Of a stretch of DNA of 64,000 bases, positions 55,418 through 64,000 are shown one piece after another; the stretch's first letter is position 1, and each line of letters begins with the position of its first letter. Made by a program: the position numbers and the translations under genes. Source of the DNA: Chrysomallon squamiferum (lineage: Eukaryota > Animalia > Mollusca); the NCBI GenBank assembly GCA_012295275.1, contig CM022665.1, forward strand, positions 34,348,001-34,412,000, given 5' to 3'. The notes under the pieces are model-generated. The model made no database searches and was not told the origin of the DNA. It worked only from the letters and a program-made list of their open reading frames with translations.

Positions 55418-58400
55418 TATTCATAAGATTTAAAGGTGGTTTAGTTTTTTCTTTAAATAAAATTATTTATTATCATTATTATTTTTAATTATATAATTTT
55501 ATCTTTTGAGTAATAAATTTATAGGTATCACTTAGACTGTTCTGTCCATTTAAACAGATCTTTAGTCTGTCAACAATGATTTAAAAGTAACTAACATTTC
55601 TGGTCCATATTTTATCTATGCAAGTATTCTTTGTTAATAGTTGTACAGATAAATGGATAAAACTTTCATTGAAATGACAAGAAGTTAAAAATCAAAAAAC
55701 AAAAAGTAATATGTTTCCAAAGAGATTATTATTATTTTTTTTTTTTAAACAATGTGGTGAGGCACACCATTCCAAAAACAATTCAAATGTTTAGGAAAAA
55801 GCTTGAAGATTTAGTTCTAGTTCATGCAAAAATGAAGAGATTTTTTCTTTCTTTAAAATTTTTAATATAAAAGGACATTATTAACTCTTTAGAATGTAGG
55901 TGATTTTGTGTAACCAGGTTTGATCATTCCAGTAATATTATGTATAATTTAAAAAAATAATAATAATAAAAGAAATTGTTAACAGGTAAAACCACAATAA
56001 TAATACATATTCTTCAGAAACAGTGAAACTGGCATTAATCTTAGGGTAGTTGGTTACAGAACCCCACAATTTAATTTGACATAATTATTTACGGTCTTGT
56101 GGTTATTACACGAATCCAGAAGTTCAGTTTTTCTGTTCAGTTTATTTACTGTTAGGCATAATACAGTGTTACAATTAAGCTCATTTACTTAAGTTGATCT
56201 CAGATTGACTGTAGTTATAATAAATAGATTTTTATTTGAAATATCATTACTTAATATTTTAAATAGTTTTTTCAGATGTATCATAATAAAATGTCTCCAG
56301 AGTGTTATTTCATTATTTCAGGGTTCTCTTGCATATAGTTTCGTTTTTAAATCATTAAAAAAATAAATCAAATACACAAGATGGGTAAAAGCTTAATATT
56401 TTTCATGTTAGGAAAACAAATTTGGATTGGTATTAATTTTGATGTTTTTATTTATTCTACAATATTAAGGGGAATTATGTGTATAATACTTCACTGTGCC
56501 TCTATTACCTGCAATCAGTTGTCTTCCCCAAAAAGTTTAAGAATGTAGCTAGTTTTGTTTTTTCAGTATTATTATTTTATTTATTATTTTTTTTTTAGTA
56601 TTATACAGACAACATATTCAAATCAAAATTTTGAATTCTTTTTTTTTTTAAATTTAAAACAAATGTATATATGTGTATAAATACTATTATTTAAAGTAGT
56701 AGTACTTGCAAAATTTAAGCTGCTTGTGTTGCTTAATGCTCAATTTCCTTTTGTTTTTATTTAGCAATTATAGTGATCATAACATAACATTCCCTTTTTT
56801 TTTAGTTAGTAACTGAACCCTTGTTATAGTGGGTTAGTCAATATTTGACTTTTCATGTATGTGTGTTTCCATTTCATAGCTTTATTTACTTATCTGTATA
56901 TGTTGAATGCCAGCTAGCTGTGTCATGATACTCCTTTGATGTTGATTGATTTTTAATCTTATTTAAAATGTAATATTATTTAAACTATAATACTTTTTTA
57001 GCATAAAAATTCTGATTTGAAATATATGGATTTGAAAATGGCAGCAGTGAAGCTGTGAATTTAGAAGTGCTGTATTTATTTTTCTCTATCAGAAAAATTA
57101 TATGAAATAAATATTTTCATTGTCATCATTTCTTTTGGATAAGCTAGTGGGCTTTTGGGGGGTCACTTCTAGTCAGATTGCTAATAATGGTTAATGTTGG
57201 TGTCTTTATACACTTATGTTATTAAAATAATCATTTGTTTCTATTTTTTTTATTTTTTTTATTTTTTATTAATATCAGCTTTCAGCTTATAGAATGCAAT
57301 ACCTACCTAAAAAGAGAAAACTTCATATCAGTTTAAAGTAAAATAAAAATAAAAAGTTAAACAACTTGAGAATCCATTTTTTGGATTGTGCAATAATAAA
57401 TAACTATAATAATATGAATAGGTTGCAAACATTTTACGTATGTTATTTTTATAAAGTAATATAGTGGACAAAAAAAAAAATGTTTTCAGTTGATGTTTAT
57501 TGTGGAAATAAACATGAATATTAATATATCAACGTGTATAAAATATTTACTGTTTGATACAAGGCAATTTATTTTGTGTTTCATTATGCTTCATACTGCA
57601 GAGTTAATCATTATTATCTACTTCAGTAATCAAAAAAAAAATATAGTGAAATTAAATATATTGATGGATGAATTTTTAATCTGTATTTTTTGTTTTGTGA
57701 ATCTTTATTTCACTAGTGTATTTTTTGTTTAACCTGTAAAGATCTGTCTTCATATAAGTGTATTGTATAAAATGTACTTCACTTATTTACATTGCTTTTT
57801 AAAGTGCTTTGATAATAGTAATTTTGCTTTGTTTGGTTGTTGTTTTTTTCTTGTTTTTGTTTTGTTTTTTAGATTATTATGTATTTATACATATTGCAGA
57901 TATTGTGCTGCTGGATGTTTTTAAATAATGAATTCTGAAAATTGCTGTCTAAATGGTACTTATTTTGCTATTCATAAATAATGTAGTCTAGCTTATGATA
58001 AGGAGAGGCTATTTTTTAAGATATTTATGTGTTACATATACATGAACAAAGCCACTGGTCTAGTAAAGTTGTAACTTGATAAGTCCATAAAATGATAATG
58101 TTAACACAGAAAACATAAACCACTCATATAAATGTACCTCTTTAATGAATTTGTTTTGACTTTTTATGTTTAGTTGACAAATTTTGTTTACTATCAAATA
58201 GGTCTTATGGACTACGGATATGCTAAATTTGTGAGGAAGAGGTTGGCAAGTATAACTGTAAAAATTAAACAAGTTAATTTTAATTGCTAGCTAATAAATG
58301 TCTCTGATTCTGTACTTGAGTAACTCCCATTTCCATCTACTGATCCAGTCTAGGATACATTTGAAATAAAATAATCATATTCTGTTCAGAATTTAAATTG

Positions 58401-61400
58401 CTTTCTTCTCTTTATTCATTTAGTTTTTAAAAATTATTTTGAAGTTTTTATCAGTATTTAGAATCCAAATTAATTTATTTGTCTTCCTTTTTTTAAATAT
58501 ATTAACTATTTCTCCATTGGCATAGATAAATCAGTTTGTCTATGATCTCTTTTCTTTTTTTGAATAATAGTTTGTTTATTTAATTACATTTTTATTTCCA
58601 TTTCTGTTTCACTTTTTAATGATGTACAATTTCATTACACATTTGTTATATAAGAAATCAGATAACCGTATTATAATTATAATTTCTGCTTTTTAAAAAG
58701 TAACTCTAAAAACAAGTCTATTCCCCAATGACAGTATTGTGTTGGTACAATGTGAAGTAAATTTGCTGATTGCTAATATAAACATTATACATCTCATGTA
58801 TTGCCACATTACCAGGTGGTGTTGTATACTACAAACAATGAAATAAAATGTAGCCTTATTTTTCTGTCTTTGTTTTCTTTTGTCAGCTTCAAATCATTTC
58901 TCAAGCAGCTACAGAGGAGACAGATTGTTTTGTTATCAATGTTGTTCTGTTTATTTACATGACTGTGTACACACACTTTATTAAATATTAGAACATAGTA
59001 GAATGTATCATCATTGTCTACACGTCTAAGATGCCTTTCTTTTTCTTTATAATTAAACTCACTGATGCTCCATTTTCCCAAAATAATGAATTTACCCTTT
59101 TTGTTTTCTTAAACTTGATAATGAGATGAAATTAATTTCATTATAAAGAAAACAATTGTTTAAAATGTTTTAAAGAGAGGGTATAGGTGTATGATGTATA
59201 CTTTCATTTAATTTATAGCTAATAAGTTAGTTTCTAGCATATAGTAGTAGTCTTCAAATTGTGCATGCAGTATTTTTTTAAGCATTGGGTACTGTATATA
59301 TATATTAAATGGAACATTTGTATAAAATGATTCCTTTCAAAGTTACTGACGGGTGCTATTTTTTAAACTGAAAATAGCATACTACTCTGTAATGGGAAGC
59401 AAATAACTTATGTTTTTGCTTCTCTCTGAGGTTCACAGATTCAATATTTTTTTAAAAAGGAAGAGCGATGCAGAATAAATCTGGGTAATTTCATGTAACT
59501 TGGACTTGTAAACAACAAAGAACTCATAAGTGATTTGACTTCCCTTGTAGTATAAACAAAAATATTTCAATATTCTGTAACTTGAAGGTTTTTCTAATAT
59601 AGCAAGCAACAATTTACAATATGTCTGGGTTTTTTTTTTATAATTTTGATTAAATAGTTAATAATGTAGATTTGGGCAGTTAGGTACAACCTGCCATCTA
59701 ATATCATACTGTTGTAATACAGTAAAGACTGAAGTAAAATACAATAGTTGTTACTGATTTGTTTTGCAAGCAATTGGAAAGTAGAATGATTTCCAAGTTC
59801 TGTAATTCACCCATAAAGGATCCCAAAGATAATTTTATTTATTTCAAAAAGTACAAATTCTTATAATTTAAACAGGTCCAGAATTGGTTGTTGTAGTGTT
59901 GTGATATTTGTAAATTAGTATTATGAGTATATCTGTAAAAAGAACATAAATATGCTGTATAAATATACATGTATGCACGGAACAAGAGGCTAATTTTATA
60001 CACTATTTTTATGATTAATGTAAGAAATCAGTTATTTAAATGATAATGATTTTAATAACCTGATAAAATCATTTGTATACTTTCCAAAAAATATTAAGCA
60101 CACTAACAGATACAACTGAAATGCTGCAGAATTTTCTTTTTCTTTTTTCCTCAAGAATGGAATATTCAGAATTGGGGTTTAAGAACGCTTGGTGCATTAA
60201 CTAATAAATAAATAAATAATTTTATTATTATTATTATTATTATTTTTTTTTTTTTTAAAGATTTAAATTTAAGAATTAAAACGTCCCTATAACTGCATCA
60301 TTTATTATAAGAAGGTTTAATATTATTAGTGTATCAGTAGCATCAATATGGTAGTAGGGCATATATTTATTTATCTTGACTCAGAGGCATTGGTCACCAG
60401 CGCCGTGGGCAAGGCAAATGTTTTATTCCCCCTAACCCGTGGACATTCGCCATCCCCTAGCCTCTTCCGCTAGTCCAGTAGTGAACCAAAGGTCCCTGTG
60501 ACCTGCCCATGCTACGTCATTGTTTTGAGTATTTCATCACCATGCCAAATTCGATGTTTAATTAAATAATAATAATAAATATTATTATTATTATTATTAT
60601 TATTATTATGTTGTCGTTGTAAATCCGATTAAATTATTTTGGATTCCACATGGCTTGTTTAGCGTACTGCTTTATAAAATTACTACACCCTAAGTATCAT
60701 TATTAAATGAACATACGTGTATGATTTATTTTTATGAACGCATATTTGACGTCAAAACTGCGCTTCGAGTGACTGCTTTCACACCACAAATCTTACTTTT
60801 GTAAGTGTTCAAATGGTGAAAATGATCAACTGCTCGCGTTAGCGCGTTACGTTACACAGCGGAAATTCAGCTCTGGCTGTTAATCGCGTTAACGAGTAAG
60901 CATGGTGAAAGAGATGAGGTGCAAAACAGTGTAATCATCATTTATTTCAGATGTTAACATGGCGTCATCAAGTTCAAATAAATAATATCCATATTTGTTA
61001 TTATCGGATGGGTTAGACTTTCGAGGTATACAGTATAAGTTACACACTGAACAAAATAATAATAATGAAATGAATACATAAATAAATGAAACTATTTTAA
61101 TGAGACTTGTATTTGCAGAGTAAATAGCAAATATTTATTTGTTTTTGTTGTTTTTTTTTGTTTGTATTTTTGTTGTTTTTTTCCCCCACTAATCGGTCAA
61201 AAGTTTTAACAAGAATGGATTAACAAACGCTTCAACTTTGAGATCATCTAATATTCACGATGTAATAAGTTACGTTTTAACAAAGAATGAAAGAAGAAGA
61301 AGAAATCGTATATATACAATCAGGTGGTTCCGAAATATGTACCATCAAAAGTTATGAAGTTTAATACAAAAGTCTCCAATTGCTGGAAAGAATAACTGAC

Positions 61401-61769
61401 TATAATTACAGCTGAAATTGTATTCTTCCGCCTATTGGTAAGCACGAATAAAATATTTCTGTGATAATCTAAAACCTTTCTGTACACTAAATTCTAAAAT
61501 TCTAAATAGATTTTATTTTTAATATTTGGTAATTCAGCTTTTGAATATAAGAATTAAGATATATCTGTTGTAGCAGCAACTCATTTTGAAGTTGTAAGTA
61601 ATAGACTAACAAGATCTTATTAAGAAGAGTATCATGAAAGCGACTGTTATACTCACCATAAAATTATTAACAAGAATTGAAAACCATATGCTATTTTTAT
61701 TTTAGGTAGGAATTATTGTTTCTCAGTAATAAAATTTATAAAAAACAGAATTATGATTCATCTTCCCTA

Positions 61770-61870
<101 letters not shown>

Positions 61871-62875
61871 AACACAGGGAAATATATAAACTGAACTTGC
61901 TCTGATTGACAAGAAAAATAATTTAATTTTTTTACAATTTTATTTTAAGAAATGTTATTTGACAAAATATATGAGCATCACTGTACAAAAATAAATTAAA
62001 GAAAAAATATATGTTTATATAACACGAATACGAAATGATAATTGTGAGTCGAGGTTCAGATGTATGCGTCATTCCGGATCATGTCTAACCATAATTTACT
62101 TGCTTCGAGGAACGGATGTCATACATCCGAGATCCTACCTTAACCGGAGATGCTGATAATTGTCACTCCATATAAACATCACCACTCGTGATACAGTCTA
62201 CTTGTCCCAAGAGGTCACGTGGTTTAACAGCATCAGTACAAAATATTATCACAGATTTCACATCCTGCCATAGATGTTGCGTAATTTATCTATCACAGTA
62301 ATTAAATAAAAGTTCAAAGTTTAAAACAAATAAATGAGATTTTCCTCTTTTTTTTTTTCCTTTTTAAAAAAAACCCAGCATGAAATCATTAAGAAATGTT
62401 TATTATTACTGAATCACATAGGATATTAAACAGGAGTTTAATAATGACTTAATACATGTCTAAACATTAGACAGATTGTAGAAACGTATACAGTGGTAAC
62501 GCTATCAAACGGTTCATTTGGAATGAGTTATATGTTGTTGTTTTTTTAATGCCTCAACCCTGTTACAAATAGGAAAGAAATTCTGACCAGCTTTCACTAA
62601 TCAGTCAAAAATCAATTAAAAAGTCAATCGAACACGTCAGTTCTGACAGTCTTGACCCGAAAAATGGGAGATAAACTGACGCCTGTAAGTTCGAATGATG
62701 ATCATCATTAAATCTCTGAGCACCCGCTGTTGTCAGAATGAACTGGGAAACCTTCTCTGGCAATCCCATTAAACAAAAAGTAGGTATTCACTTTTTTCTT
62801 TTAACAGCTGAAATGTTACACGCGCAAATAGATTCCTTTTCTTTTTCTCTCTCATGTTTTCTTTTTTATTATCTC

Positions 62876-63265
62876 TCAGACAATCTCACAAGAGCAACAT
62901 GATGTGTCTTTTGGTTTGTGTGAATTCAAACCGGCGTTCACTGCAGCTTCTTTGAGTCGACTGATGCCGACTTCAGTGAGTGAAGAACATTCAACATAGT
63001 CTGCTCCGATCTTCGCTGCCAGATTTAGACCTTCTTTGGTTGAAACGAAGTTATGTCTTACAACATTCGACGTCGATTCCTCATCGTCCCTTCTATCTAT
63101 GTGAGTGCCAACAAGAATGATTTCCGAGTCTGGGGAGTACTGAGTAACTTCTGGAATCCATATTGTTAAGACGTTCTGCGCAGACTCTGGTCTGGCGACA
63201 GAGAAGCAGACGAAAAACACGTCACATTTTAAATAAGCCATTGCTCTGAGACGGTCAAATTCTTC
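62876..63265 (-). CDS. Rho-family small GTPase (Cdc42/Rac/RhoU-like, divergent), last coding exon only; upstream exons not found in the window
   Basis: TGCAG| acceptor, then EEFDRLRAMAYLKCDVFFVCFSVARPES...WIPEV...IILVGTHID...LAAKIGADYVECSSLT...CCSCEIV*: switch II, G4, G5 and a CAAX box. Confidence 0.88.
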   Translation of the reverse strand, partial: EEFDRLRAMAYLKCDVFFVCFSVARPESAQNVLTIWIPEVTQYSPDSEIILVGTHIDRRDDEESTSNVVRHNFVSTKEGLNLAAKIGADYVECSSLTEVGISRLKEAAVNAGLNSHKPKDTSCCSCEIV

Positions 63266-63404
63266 CTGCAATAATAATAATAAAAGTAATGGCAACAACA
63301 ACTTTAAATTCGTTTCAAATTATAATAAAAATCATTATAATAAAAAAATGAATAAACAGTTTAATCGTTAAAAGTTGAATGATCGCATTAGTCCTCAGTG
63401 ACAT

Positions 63405-63520
63405 TATTTGACTAATTTTTGTTCCAGTCAGAGAACATCAACTGGTTTATCGATGAGTGTGGTTATGTATTACTTGTCAGTGGGAATTCATATATGAAAG
63501 ATCCCATGCTGAACAATAAG
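63405..63520. mobile_element. Degenerate SINE-like repeat copy (inverted relative to the 70-350 copy)
   Basis: The reverse complement shares ordered motifs with 229-340. Confidence 0.45.
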
Positions 63521-63557
63521 CAAAATTCATGATATTACATATATAGGATTTGTATAA

Positions 63558-63559
<2 letters not shown>

Positions 63560-63616
<57 letters not shown>
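63560..63616. repeat. (AAT)n microsatellite
   Basis: Direct reading. Confidence 0.95.
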
Positions 63617-64000
63617 TAAGTTTGACATCTTATAACTTTCATAACCAATATGTCCAACTAATGTAAACATTCTTCCTGTCATTATTTTATTCCTCCCTTT
63701 TAAATACGGATTTTAATTACCATTAACAACATATAAAGACAACAATTTTATTTTATTTTATTTTATTTAATTTTTTTAAATGACGACATTAAAGTCAAGA
63801 ATTTATTAGCATCTTTCCTACACAAGCATCGTACTTAAAACTAAGGACATCCTTAAGGAAGGGGAGTCAACCTGGACGCGACTGATTTGAACTAAACTGA
63901 AGGAAATAGGTGCTGTAATATCTGCGGTTTCATCTTTATTTATTATACTGGCTTAAATCTGGCAGGAAAAAACATTAGCGTTTGGCCTAAAGTTACAGCA

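Noticed and set aside
51816-60300. Many 60-90 aa ORFs downstream of Ena
   Set aside because: Low-complexity F/I/L/Y-rich translations of T-rich 3' UTR or intergenic DNA with no exon chain.
60335-60522. GC-rich patch with weak hAT-like ends
   Set aside because: TIRs too degenerate and no TSD; probably an old repeat fragment.

Overview
Very AT-rich eukaryotic genomic DNA, most likely from a gastropod mollusc (inferred from intron structure, protein sequences and a molluscan-type PL14 alginate lyase relic). The ORF track is mostly intronic noise, so I rebuilt the real genes exon by exon. Genes in order: complete PARP1 (minus, 27 coding exons, 988 aa, last intron U12-type); a decayed PL14 alginate lyase pseudogene (minus, missed by the ORF track); YIF1 (plus, 9 coding exons, 310 aa); SRP9 (minus, 3 exons, 78 aa) head-to-head with an Ena/VASP gene (plus, 10 exons, 409 aa); and the last exon of a divergent Rho-family GTPase (minus). 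Mobile relics: a Kolobok-type element with TIRs and TSD, a MULE transposase fragment, a Tigger deletion derivative, Tc1/mariner-type MITEs and old SINE-like copies. Most notable: (1) the pseudogenised alginate lyase; (2) a 190-bp, ~96% identical inverted copy of PARP1 exon 3/intron 3 inserted into the MULE relic in intron 1, able to fold the pre-mRNA; (3) PARP1-SRP9-Ena linkage mirroring human 1q42; (4) a candidate internal first exon giving an EVH1-less Ena; (5) a ~1.47-kb near-identical direct duplication in Ena intron 1. I see no clear wholly new multi-gene system.
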